Shown one piece after another: positions 41,767-52,244 of a stretch of 64,000 bases of DNA. The notes under the pieces were generated by a model, which saw only the letters and a program-made list of their open reading frames with translations, searched no databases and was not told the DNA's origin. This stretch comes from Syntrophorhabdaceae bacterium (lineage in GTDB: Bacteria; Desulfobacterota; Syntrophorhabdia; Syntrophorhabdales; Syntrophorhabdaceae). Where the stretch lies: the NCBI GenBank assembly GCA_963666485.2, contig CAXXUO010000001.1, forward strand, positions 160,001 to 224,000, in the 5' to 3' direction. Made by a program: the position numbers and the translations under genes. Within the stretch, counting starts at the first letter, position 1, and each line of letters begins with the position of its first letter.

Positions 41767-41842
41767 TGGTGGAGGTGAACGGGATTGAACCGATGGCCTC
41801 CTGCGTGCAAGGCAGGCGCTCTCCCAGCTGAGCTACACCCCC
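41767..41842 (-). tRNA. tRNA-Ala(TGC)
   Basis: GGGGGTGTAGCTCAG...TTGCAC...CTCCACCA, 76 nt with encoded CCA. Confidence 0.97.
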
Positions 41843-41926
41843 AGAAGTGCTGCAGTATATTTTTCAGAGTTCGGAGTTCGGATTAACATCTGATCTCCTA
41901 TCGAATAAACTCATCACTGCCTATAA

Positions 41927-42000
<74 letters not shown>

Positions 42001-42059
42001 CAAGGTACAAATGATTCTTATTATAATAACTAAATAGCAGGCCCACGTCGTCATCGTCT

Positions 42060-43625
<1,566 letters not shown>

Positions 43626-43681
43626 ACCTGAACTTTACATCAAATTTCTGAATTAGACGTGGACCTGCTATTTAATTACTA

Positions 43682-43694
43682 TTTTCAAAGAACA
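43682..43694 (-). promoter_or_regulatory. rRNA leader boxA antiterminator
   Basis: TGTTCTTTGAAAA; a second copy TGTTCTTTGACA lies in the spacer at about 41741-41752. Confidence 0.75.
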
Positions 43695-43718
43695 ACGTTC
43701 AACCTTGAAGCAAGGATA

Positions 43719-43746
43719 ATTATACTTATTTTCTGGAGGATGTCAA
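43719..43746 (-). promoter_or_regulatory. Sigma70 rRNA promoter
   Basis: Perfect TTGACA-N16-TATAAT upstream of the 16S gene. Confidence 0.85.
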
Positions 43747-43869
43747 GCGATGTTCTAAAAAAAATGCGTGAAAAATGGCGAATTGGCATCATAGATGCAT
43801 AGTCAGCTGATATCATAGGCGAAAGATGATCGAAATTTTCGTCCAATAACCCGGAAAATGGCTCCGTTA

Positions 43870-43896
43870 TTAATAATTCTTACAAGTGACCGATAA
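43870..43896 (+). promoter_or_regulatory. Possible sigma28 (FliA) promoter for the MCP
   Basis: TTAAT...ACCGATAA resembles TAAA-N15-GCCGATAA. Confidence 0.35.
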
Positions 43897-43983
43897 AAAT
43901 ATGTGGTCTGAAGGCATCACGAACCCTTATTGTCACGGGTCGTGGGCATAAAGGACGGCAGATACAATACCAAGGAGATGTCC

Positions 43984-45624
43984 ATGAGAAACCTCAAGAT
44001 CAGTACCAAACTCGGAATCGGCGCGATAATTCTGATGGTCCTCATCACCATCCTGGGTTTTACCGGGTACTACTACCTCGAAAGGTCTTCCCGTTCGGTC
44101 GACCATATCGTAAAGAACAATTACGGGAGAATAGTAGCATTCAGACAGGTCCAGGACGCCGTGGATACCATTGATAAAGCGATGCTCAGTATAGCAGTGA
44201 CCAGAGACAAGTCGCTGAAGGAAGCCGAGAAAGCCCGTATCGACAAGGCCAGGGTATCCTACGGCGAGGCCATGAAAAAGATCGAGGGCGTTATGGCGAA
44301 TGTAAAGGACCCGAAAGTAAAGGCTCAATTCGGGGACCTGCTTGATAAGGTAAAAGAACAGCTGGGCAAGGGAAAGGAATATAACGTCAGGCTGGTAAAG
44401 CTTGCGATGGAAGGCAAGAATGATGAAGCGGCCGCGATATGGTCGGAACATACAAGCACTATTTCAGTCACTATAGACGGTCTCTTCAAGGAGCTTGTCA
44501 AAGTCAGTGAAGAGCGGATCGAGTCCCGTTTTCAGGAACTCACAAAACAAACGACGAGTGCAGAGATCGTCTTTGCCATTATCTCTCTCATCATAATGGC
44601 CCTGATAGCCGGAGGAACTTTCTTTGTCATAAGGACCCTTACCCATTCACTGCGGGAAGGCGTCAACGTCGCAAACAGGCTTGCCGAAGGGGACCTGACG
44701 GTTGACGTCAATGTCACCAACAGGGACGAGATCGGCGACCTTCTCGAATCAATGGGGAACATGGTCCGGAAATGGCGCGGCGTTGTGCACGAGATCAATG
44801 CATCAGCCGACAATATCGCGTCGGCCAGCCATCAGTTGAGCGCAAGCGCCGTACAGATGTCCAGAGGTTCCGGGGAACAGGCCCAGAGGTCCCTGCAGGT
44901 TGCCGCAGCATCCGAAGAGATGAGCCAGACGGTCATCGATGTTGCCCGTAATACAGGAAACATAGCGATGTCCAGCCAGGAAACGGTCGAGGTCGCGAAG
45001 AACGGTAAAGAGGTCGTCGACATGGCGGTACGCGAGGTACAGGAAATAGCCAGTACGGTCGATGCGTCTGCAACAATGGTCCGGTCCTTAGGTGAGCTCT
45101 CAAAACAGATCGGGGCTATCGTAAATGTCATCAATGAGATTGCCGACCAGACGAACCTCCTGGCGCTCAACGCCGCTATCGAGGCGGCGCGCGCCGGCGA
45201 ACATGGCCGTGGATTCGCCGTTGTCGCAGACGAGGTAAAGAAGCTGGCCGAGCGGACCGGCAGTTCGACGGCGGAGATCGCCGACATGATCGCCAATATA
45301 CAGAAAGAGGTCATCCGGGCCGTCGAGGCCATGGAGGAGGTAAAGCAGAAGGTGTCGTCCGGCACCACGCTTTCCGGGCAGGCGGGCAGTGCACTCAATG
45401 ATATCGTCAGGCAGGTGGACGACCTTCAGCTCATGGTCCAGCAGATCGCATCCGCAACGGAGGAAATGACGGCGACATCGGAAGGGATAAGCAAGGATAT
45501 CGATTCGATAGCGACGATATCCAAGGAGACATCGTCGGCATCGGAACAGGTATCGGAGGCTTCCGACGAGCTCTCCCGCCTGTCGGTCAGCCTTCAGGGA
45601 GTCGTCCGGGAATTCAGGGTTTAA
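43984..45624 (+). CDS. Methyl-accepting chemotaxis protein (4HB sensor, HAMP, signalling domain)
   Basis: IADQTNLLALNAAIEAARAGEHGRGFAVVADEV; two TM segments; AAGGAG RBS. Confidence 0.97.
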   Translation: MRNLKISTKLGIGAIILMVLITILGFTGYYYLERSSRSVDHIVKNNYGRIVAFRQVQDAVDTIDKAMLSIAVTRDKSLKEAEKARIDKARVSYGEAMKKIEGVMANVKDPKVKAQFGDLLDKVKEQLGKGKEYNVRLVKLAMEGKNDEAAAIWSEHTSTISVTIDGLFKELVKVSEERIESRFQELTKQTTSAEIVFAIISLIIMALIAGGTFFVIRTLTHSLREGVNVANRLAEGDLTVDVNVTNRDEIGDLLESMGNMVRKWRGVVHEINASADNIASASHQLSASAVQMSRGSGEQAQRSLQVAAASEEMSQTVIDVARNTGNIAMSSQETVEVAKNGKEVVDMAVREVQEIASTVDASATMVRSLGELSKQIGAIVNVINEIADQTNLLALNAAIEAARAGEHGRGFAVVADEVKKLAERTGSSTAEIADMIANIQKEVIRAVEAMEEVKQKVSSGTTLSGQAGSALNDIVRQVDDLQLMVQQIASATEEMTATSEGISKDIDSIATISKETSSASEQVSEASDELSRLSVSLQGVVREFRV

Positions 45625-45664
45625 GCCTGGTTTAAAATATGCCGCATGACGGCGGCCGGCGTTT

Positions 45665-47017
45665 CTACGCGCCGGTCGCTTTTTTTATGGCGTCGTACGT
45701 TACATGTACGAGTTCTTTCAGTGTCCGTGCATCGATGGCAGGCGGGGGCATAAGGACGATGACGTCGCCGAGCGGACGGATAATGACACCCCGTTTCCGG
45801 GCCTCTGCCACGACCTTTTGTCCGATCTTGTCCCCGGCCGTAAAAAGCCTTTTCGTCTTTTTGCTCTTCACGAGCTCGATACCGACCATGAACCCCCTCT
45901 GGCGGACCTCGCCCACATGAGGCAACTCTTTGAAACGGACGAGTTCATTTTTTAAAAGGGTGATCTTGTCCGCCATGTTCTCGATGACGCGGTCCTTCTC
46001 GAAAAGCTTGAGATTCTCGACGGCGGCCGCACAGGCCACGGGGTTTCCCGTATACGTGTGGCCATGAAAAAAGGTCTTGTATTCATCGAACCTGCCCAGG
46101 AACCCGCTGAAGACCTCGTCGGTCGTCGCTGTCACGGCAAGAGGCAGGTACCCGCCGGTAATGCCCTTGGCCATGCAGATAAAATCCGGCTCCACCCCTT
46201 CCTGTTCGCAGGCGAACATGGTGCCCGTCCTGCCAAACCCGGTAGCCACCTCATCGGTAATGAAATGCAGCCCGTTGTCTTTCGTTATCTTCCATACCCT
46301 GTTTAAAAAGCCGTCAGGCTGCATGATCATGCCCGCCGCTCCCTGCACAAGCGGCTCGATAATGACCGCGCAGACCTCCTCCCTGTGCTTTCTCACAATC
46401 TCTTCGAAACGCGTGACGCAGGCCATGCCGCAGGATCCGCGCTCAAGCTTGAGGGGGCACCGGTAGCAGTAGGGCGAAGGGGATTTTATCGATCTGAAAA
46501 GCAGCGGCCGGTACACCTTATGAAAAAGGTCGATACCCCCGATGCTGACGGAGCCGATCGTGTCACCGTGATAGCCGTTCGTAAAGGAGATGAACCTCTT
46601 CCGGTTCTTTGCCCCTTTTTGCTGCCAGTACTGATACGACATCTTGACCGCGATCTCGACAGATGTCGAGCCATTGTCGGAATAGAAGACTTTCGTGAGC
46701 CCGCGCGGCAGGATATCGACCAGCTTTTTCGCCAGGACCGTTGACGGGACATTCGCGAGGCCGAGCAGGGTCGAATGGCAAAGTTCCCGTGATTGTCTCT
46801 CTATGGCATCTATAAGCTCTTTGCGGCCATGACCATGGACAAGCACCCACAATGACGAAACGCCGTCTATATAGCGTTTTCCGTCGGTGTCGACGAGGTA
46901 GAATCCCTCGCCGCGCTCTATGATGAGCGGGTCGCCATCCACCCAGTCCGCCATTTGAGTAAAAGGGTGCCAGATATAATTTTTGTCCCAGGTTTTCAGG
47001 TCATCACTGCTGTACAT
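45665..47017 (-). CDS. bioA: Adenosylmethionine-8-amino-7-oxononanoate aminotransferase
   Basis: IWHPFTQM, YHGDT, DEVATGFGRTG, AKGITGGY and HGHTYTGNP motifs. Confidence 0.95.
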   Translation of the reverse strand: MYSSDDLKTWDKNYIWHPFTQMADWVDGDPLIIERGEGFYLVDTDGKRYIDGVSSLWVLVHGHGRKELIDAIERQSRELCHSTLLGLANVPSTVLAKKLVDILPRGLTKVFYSDNGSTSVEIAVKMSYQYWQQKGAKNRKRFISFTNGYHGDTIGSVSIGGIDLFHKVYRPLLFRSIKSPSPYCYRCPLKLERGSCGMACVTRFEEIVRKHREEVCAVIIEPLVQGAAGMIMQPDGFLNRVWKITKDNGLHFITDEVATGFGRTGTMFACEQEGVEPDFICMAKGITGGYLPLAVTATTDEVFSGFLGRFDEYKTFFHGHTYTGNPVACAAAVENLKLFEKDRVIENMADKITLLKNELVRFKELPHVGEVRQRGFMVGIELVKSKKTKRLFTAGDKIGQKVVAEARKRGVIIRPLGDVIVLMPPPAIDARTLKELVHVTYDAIKKATGA

Positions 47018-47042
47018 AATTACCTCTTGGTCGTTGTTTCAG

Positions 47043-47385
47043 GTTCCACGTTCCACGTTCCACGTTAAAGGCAAAGACGCTGGATCGCGGCTTTCGCCGG
47101 GATGACGGGGAGGAGAGGTTTTCAGGTTATCTGTCGAGTACATATATACCTCTCGGTCGTTGTTTCAAGTTTCAGGTCAAAATCAAATATACTCGCTCGC
47201 GGCCTTCGAGACTGTCGTCGTAATATTGTAGATGCCGTCATATTGGACATTCCGGAACCAACCCCTGCCGTCATCCCGGCCCCCGAGCCGGGACCCAAGG
47301 TTTTTCTTTTCCGTCGTTCCGGGATTATGAAATTAAAACCGTAAAAAAACCAAACCTTGGGTCCCGGGTCAAGCCCGGGATGACG
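47043..47385. repeat. Repeat cluster: (GTTCCAC)3, three CGTC-type REPs and a duplicated bioA 5' end
   Basis: REPs at 47081-47107, 47269-47297 and 47358-47385; 47116-47173 resembles 46990-47047. Confidence 0.85.
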
Positions 47386-47434
47386 ACGAGGGATACGTCA
47401 CGTCTTTGTATTTACGCCTTACTCCTCACTGTAG

Positions 47435-48607
47435 TTAAATCAGCCTCATCCTCTTCCCCGCGGCGATGATCGCGTCAATTGCGCTGTCCATCTGCTCGCG
47501 GGTAAAATCCCTGACAATTGTCAATCTCAGGCGCGACGTACCGGACGGGACTGTGGGCGGACGTATCGCCTGGAGGAAGAACCCGTCTTTCATTATCATC
47601 GACTGCATCTTTACGGCATCCGAGTCCTTGCCGACAACGATCGGGACGATGGGCCCGACGCTGTCCTTCAGATCGAAGCCTGCGCCTGCGAGACGCGAGC
47701 GCATGTAATCTATGTTGTGCCAGAGCTGCTCCTTGTACGACAGGTCGTTCGCAACAAGGTCCAGGGCGGCCCGGGCGGCGCCGAGAGCTGCGGGCGGCAG
47801 GGCGGTCGTGTACATGAACGTCCGGGCACGGTTCACGAGGTATTCAATGACGACGGGATCGGAAAGGACGAACGCCCCGATCGAGCCTAAGGCCTTGCCG
47901 AAGGTCGCCATGTGAATGTCCGCCTTCCCTTTGAGCCCGCAGAATTCTTCGACGCCACTGCCGCCTTTTCCAAAGATGGCGGTCCCGTGCGCATCGTCGA
48001 CAATCGTGTAGAACCCGTATTTTTTCTTGAGCTCCGCTATTTCCTTTAACGGGGCGACGTCTCCGTCCATGCTGAAAATAGATTCAGTTATCACGAACAC
48101 TTTACCGCCGGAGGAAGAATATTTTTTCAACTTCCGTTCCAGGTCCCCCGGGTCGCGATGCTTGAAGATCACCTTTTTTGCGTACGATAACCGCATCGCA
48201 TCGATGAGGCTGGAATGGTTCAATTCGTCGCTCAGGATCACATCGCCTTTGGCCGGGATGGTCGAGATGATCCCGATATTCGCCATGTAGCCTGTCGGAA
48301 ATATCAGGCCGCGCTTATACCCCTTGTAGCGGGCGATGTCCTGTTCCAGGTCTTTGTAAAGGTCGATGCTTCCCGATACGCTGCGGGACGAACAGCTGCC
48401 CGTACCGTACTCGTTCACTGCCTTGATGGCCGCGTCCTTGACGACGGGATGAAGATGGAGAGAAAGGTAGCTGTTCGAGCAAAGGTTCAGGTATTCCCTG
48501 CCCTCGTGAATAATGGTCGCGCCGGATACGGGCCGGATATACCTGATATTCCTGTAGTTGCCTTTTTCCTTTATATCCTTGAGCAGGGAGGACAGAGTAT
48601 TCTTCAT
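47435..48607 (-). CDS. bioF: 8-amino-7-oxononanoate synthase
   Basis: SN.YL.L, SDELNHSSLID, FSMDGD, DDAH, TFGKALG and IRPPTVP motifs; next to bioA. Confidence 0.93.
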   Translation of the reverse strand: MKNTLSSLLKDIKEKGNYRNIRYIRPVSGATIIHEGREYLNLCSNSYLSLHLHPVVKDAAIKAVNEYGTGSCSSRSVSGSIDLYKDLEQDIARYKGYKRGLIFPTGYMANIGIISTIPAKGDVILSDELNHSSLIDAMRLSYAKKVIFKHRDPGDLERKLKKYSSSGGKVFVITESIFSMDGDVAPLKEIAELKKKYGFYTIVDDAHGTAIFGKGGSGVEEFCGLKGKADIHMATFGKALGSIGAFVLSDPVVIEYLVNRARTFMYTTALPPAALGAARAALDLVANDLSYKEQLWHNIDYMRSRLAGAGFDLKDSVGPIVPIVVGKDSDAVKMQSMIMKDGFFLQAIRPPTVPSGTSRLRLTIVRDFTREQMDSAIDAIIAAGKRMRLI

Positions 48608-48632
48608 AGGATGCTGCTATTTACCTGTAATC

Positions 48633-48661
48633 TGTCAACGGTTACTGAAAAATGGTTAACC
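48633..48661. promoter_or_regulatory. Probable BirA operator overlapping the bioF -35 box
   Basis: TGTCAAC-N15-GTTAACC matches the TGTAAAC-N14-16-GTTGACA BirA box. Confidence 0.6.
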
Positions 48662-48676
48662 ACAATCGTTAAAAAA

Positions 48677-48705
48677 ATCAGGGTGGGTACGAGACCCACC
48701 CTGAT
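48677..48705 (-). terminator. Rho-independent terminator after gcdA
   Basis: ATCAGGGTGGGT / ACCCACCCTGAT stem with a T-run on the minus strand. Confidence 0.85.
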
Positions 48706-48718
48706 ATATTGTGTCTAA

Positions 48719-50437
48719 TTAGCCTTTGATGATCCTTGGCATGATCATCTGGTGCCACGGGCAGATCGATTTCGGGTTCGCGTATGCGCAGTTTGCGAAT
48801 GCGACGAAGTATTTCCTCAGGTCTGCCATCTTCACGACCTCGTCTACAAGGCCTTTCTTGGCGCAGTAGGACGGACGTGACATGTCATAGTAGTGTTTCA
48901 CGGTTGCGTTCATCTTGTCGATGACCGGTCCGAGAGGCTTGCCGGAATCTTTCTCTTTCACGAGGCGGCGGGCGAAACTTGCGACTGCGGCTGTTTCACC
49001 GTGCATGACGTAGATCTCGGTGGTTGCCGTGCCGAGCGTGAAGCAGTTGTTGTTGTTGGCCTGCGGGCCTGCCATGATGTAGTGGGCGGCTGCGCTGCCT
49101 TTCCTCAGGACGATGGTCATCATCGGGAGGTCGCTCTGCTCGATCGAGTAGATCAGTGACTGGCCAAGGCCGAGGAGCTCTGCTTTCTCGGCGATGTCGC
49201 CAACGTCGATGCCCGACGTATCCTGGAGCCATATCATCGGGACCCTGTCCCTGCCGCAGAGGGTCACGAATTCGTTAACTTTGATGAGGCCTTCGCGGTA
49301 GAACTTGCCGCCGATGCCGGGGTACGGAGCGTAGCTCGGATATCCCTTCGGGAGCATGCCCTGCCTGTTGCCGACGATGCCGATCAGGAAGCCGTCAACC
49401 TTGACAAGGCCGGTATAAAGCTCAGGGCCGATCTCCGGACGGAATTCCATGTGCTCGCTGTTGTCGACGAGGCGTGCCATGACGCCTTCCATGTCGTAAA
49501 CCATCTTCTGGTTGAAGGAAACGACGCTGTAAAGGTCTTCTGTCGGGTATTTCGGCTCTGCCGGTGCGGCAACCCGGAAAAAGCTGGGATCATAGTACGG
49601 AAGCTTCACGACCCAGGATTTCAGTGAGTCGAGGAGGCTCTCTTCTGACGGATGGACTTCGCGGAAGAAGCCGGTCACATCGTGATGGATCTCAACGCGT
49701 CCCGGGGGAACTGACTTAAATTTCTTGGTGGCCTCGATGATCGCATCGGCCATCTGTTCGTCGAAAAAGCCCTTCGGTGCCATACCGCTGACGATGCCGG
49801 CGCCGCCGACTGCGATGTTCGCGTCTTTATGGGCAAGAAGGAGTGTCGGGGAGATGCCCTGGTAGCCGCCGCCTGCGGGGTTCGTTCCGTAGATGGCTGC
49901 GAGTACGGGGATGCCCAGTTTGTTGAGTTCGGCATGGCGGAAGAATGTCGTGCCGCTGCCGTGCCTGTTTGCGTACATAGTTTCCTGCTCGGGAAGCTTG
50001 ACGCCGGAGCAGTTGACGATCCATACGAGCGGGCAATGAAGCCTTCTCGCGATGTCGGTCACGCGGAGGATATTGAGCGGCTGTCCTGCGATCCATGCAC
50101 CTGCCATGACCTTGTTGTCAAAGCCGATGATCACGCACCACCTGCCGTTTATCCTTCCGAGACCGTCGACAACGCCTGTGGTCCCTGATTCTTCATCCAT
50201 CGGGTCGAACAGCGTGTGCAGAGGTGCCCAGGTACCGGCGTCAACGATGTACTCCAGTCTCTGGTGAATCGTCCATTCACCGCGCTTGTTCAGCGTTTCC
50301 GCAGCCAGGCCGGCGTTTTTCGCCTTCTGGACGCGTTCTTCGATGTCTTTCTCTACGGCTTTGATCTCTTCGGTATTCTTCGCATTTACCTTAACCGGCT
50401 TATTCCATTCCTGCATCTTTTCAAAATACGGTCTCAT
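48719..50437 (-). CDS. gcdA: Glutaconyl-CoA decarboxylase alpha subunit (carboxyltransferase)
   Basis: MRPYFEKM...LNKRGE, DNKVMAGAW, NCSGVK, GTNPAGGGY, GIDVG and VMHGETAA match the GcdA pattern. Confidence 0.88.
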   Translation of the reverse strand: MRPYFEKMQEWNKPVKVNAKNTEEIKAVEKDIEERVQKAKNAGLAAETLNKRGEWTIHQRLEYIVDAGTWAPLHTLFDPMDEESGTTGVVDGLGRINGRWCVIIGFDNKVMAGAWIAGQPLNILRVTDIARRLHCPLVWIVNCSGVKLPEQETMYANRHGSGTTFFRHAELNKLGIPVLAAIYGTNPAGGGYQGISPTLLLAHKDANIAVGGAGIVSGMAPKGFFDEQMADAIIEATKKFKSVPPGRVEIHHDVTGFFREVHPSEESLLDSLKSWVVKLPYYDPSFFRVAAPAEPKYPTEDLYSVVSFNQKMVYDMEGVMARLVDNSEHMEFRPEIGPELYTGLVKVDGFLIGIVGNRQGMLPKGYPSYAPYPGIGGKFYREGLIKVNEFVTLCGRDRVPMIWLQDTSGIDVGDIAEKAELLGLGQSLIYSIEQSDLPMMTIVLRKGSAAAHYIMAGPQANNNNCFTLGTATTEIYVMHGETAAVASFARRLVKEKDSGKPLGPVIDKMNATVKHYYDMSRPSYCAKKGLVDEVVKMADLRKYFVAFANCAYANPKSICPWHQMIMPRIIKG

Positions 50438-50464
50438 TTACTACCTCCGGGGGCTTGTAGGAAT

Positions 50465-50482
50465 TTGTAACTGTTTTCACAA
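50465..50482. promoter_or_regulatory. Rex-like operator in the gcdA promoter
   Basis: TTGTAAC-TGTT-TTCACAA next to TTGACA-N18-TAAAAT on the minus strand (50482-50511). Confidence 0.5.
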
Positions 50483-50705
50483 TTTTAATTTTTTTTCCGG
50501 TAATTTGTCAACATAAAAGGCTTTTACATGGTATCACCGGAAAAAAAATTTCCTGGCAGGAAATACCTAGAAATACTTCTTAAACGCTACTCTGACTATG
50601 ATGTAGATAACGATAACCAGACCCATTATGGCAAGATATTTCATCATGACGAGAGTATCCTTATTATTGCGCTCGTGCTAAAAAGTATAAGCAGGTTACA
50701 CCTGA

Positions 50706-52004
50706 TCAGTGCTTGAAAAGGCGCTGCCCCGCGAATACCATGCTCACATTCTGCTCGTTGCAGGCCTCGATCACCTCGAAATCCCTTTCAGACCCGCCCG
50801 GCTGGATCACGCCGCGCGCCCCTTCATGGATCGCCGCGTCAACGCCGTCCCTGAACGGGAAGAACCCGTCCGAGACGATAACCGAACCCTCGAGACCGGC
50901 ATGGACGTTCCGTGTAAGGATATCTATTGCTATAAGGTCCTTCATGTCCCTTTGACCACGTGAGGCCTCGAGTTTGAAGATAGCATAGGGAACCCCGTAT
51001 TTCCTGAACACCTCGGTATCGGCGAACTTCTTGTACGCCTTGAATATCGCGATCTCGACCACACCAACCCGGTCCTGCTCCCCCGTTCCGATAGCGACCG
51101 TTGCCTCATCCTTCACAAAGAGCGCCGAATTCGAGCTCACGCCGGACTCGACATACCAGCCGAAGAGCATGTCCCTGTACTCCTCTTCCGTCGGCAGGCG
51201 CTTGATCTTGTAGTTCTCGCCTTTATAGACCGCTTCGGCCGGCTTCAGGTCTTCCTTGCCTTTTATCCGGAAGGGCTGTGACTCCTGGAGGACCAACCCC
51301 CCGTCCATGAGCGACTTTATGTCGATAATGCGCCGCGCCTTGAACTTGTTCAGGTTTTCTATCGAGCGCATCTGCATGATGCGGAGGTTTTTCCACTTCT
51401 TGAGGATATCGAGCGCGCCACCCTCGAAATCGGGCGCGCACACGACCTCGAAATAATACGGGACCATAGCCTTCGCGGTCTCGACATCCAGGGTCTTTGT
51501 AAAGACAACGGCCCCGCCAAAGGCCGCGATCCGGTCGCACCAGAAGGCCTTTTCGAAAGCCTCGGCCGATGTCGACCCGTAAGCCGCACCGCTTGGATTG
51601 TTATGTTTCATTATGGCGCAGGCAGGCTTCTGGTCAAGGAACCGCAGGATATTCAGGGCATTGTCGACATCCGTCAGGTTGATCTTCCCCGGGTGCTTGC
51701 CGACCTGCAGCATATCGGCCTCCGTCACCTTGCTGACAAGACCGGTATCTGTATCAAAGAAACGCGCATCGCCCAGGACAATGTTGCCGTTTATAAGCTC
51801 GTACATCGCGGAAGGCTGGTCGGGGTTCTCGCCGTACCGAAGGCCCCGCTCGACATCGCAGTTCTCATCCGCGTCGAAAATGTTCCAGACCTTCTTCTTA
51901 TAGATGAGGACCTGTCCGCCCATATCGATCTTGATCGTGTCGGGAAAATTGTCCTTCACTATTTTCTTGTACATGCCTTTGATATCTTCCAAAACTACCT
52001 CCAT
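50706..52004 (-). CDS. purH: PurH-family AICAR transformylase lacking the N-terminal MGS-like cyclohydrolase domain
   Basis: LRYGENP at about residue 55, KHNNPSG, SDGFFPFRD, QPGGS.RD and C-terminal RLFKH. Confidence 0.8.
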   Translation of the reverse strand: MEVVLEDIKGMYKKIVKDNFPDTIKIDMGGQVLIYKKKVWNIFDADENCDVERGLRYGENPDQPSAMYELINGNIVLGDARFFDTDTGLVSKVTEADMLQVGKHPGKINLTDVDNALNILRFLDQKPACAIMKHNNPSGAAYGSTSAEAFEKAFWCDRIAAFGGAVVFTKTLDVETAKAMVPYYFEVVCAPDFEGGALDILKKWKNLRIMQMRSIENLNKFKARRIIDIKSLMDGGLVLQESQPFRIKGKEDLKPAEAVYKGENYKIKRLPTEEEYRDMLFGWYVESGVSSNSALFVKDEATVAIGTGEQDRVGVVEIAIFKAYKKFADTEVFRKYGVPYAIFKLEASRGQRDMKDLIAIDILTRNVHAGLEGSVIVSDGFFPFRDGVDAAIHEGARGVIQPGGSERDFEVIEACNEQNVSMVFAGQRLFKH

Positions 52005-52015
52005 GAAAAGAATGG

Positions 52016-52244
52016 TTTCACGTTCCAGGTTCCACGTTCCACGAAAAAAACAAAGACACGGGATTCCGGCTTTCGCGGGAATGACGGCAATGAAAACGGT
52101 TCAAGGTTCAAGGTTCAAGGTTCAACGCTAAACCAAAATGTAGAACGTAGAACTGCAAAAACCTTGGGTCCCGGGTCAAGCCCGGGATGACGGCAGAAGA
52201 TGATTTGCCGTTAGCCGTTAGCCGTTAGCCGTACGCCGTTAGCC
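52016..52244. repeat. Repeat cluster: heptamer arrays and two CGTC-type REPs
   Basis: (GGTTCAA)4 at 52098-52125, about 5 x GCCGTTA at 52207-52244, REPs at 52060-52086 and 52165-52192. Confidence 0.85.

Noticed and set aside
43860..43980. c-di-GMP riboswitch upstream of the MCP, also sought upstream of the PilZ operon
   Set aside because: The GGCAAA...GAAA...GACGCAAAG core is not present; only a simple hairpin is seen
50528..50716. 62-aa ORF between gcdA and purH
   Set aside because: AT-rich intergenic region, no RBS, no motif
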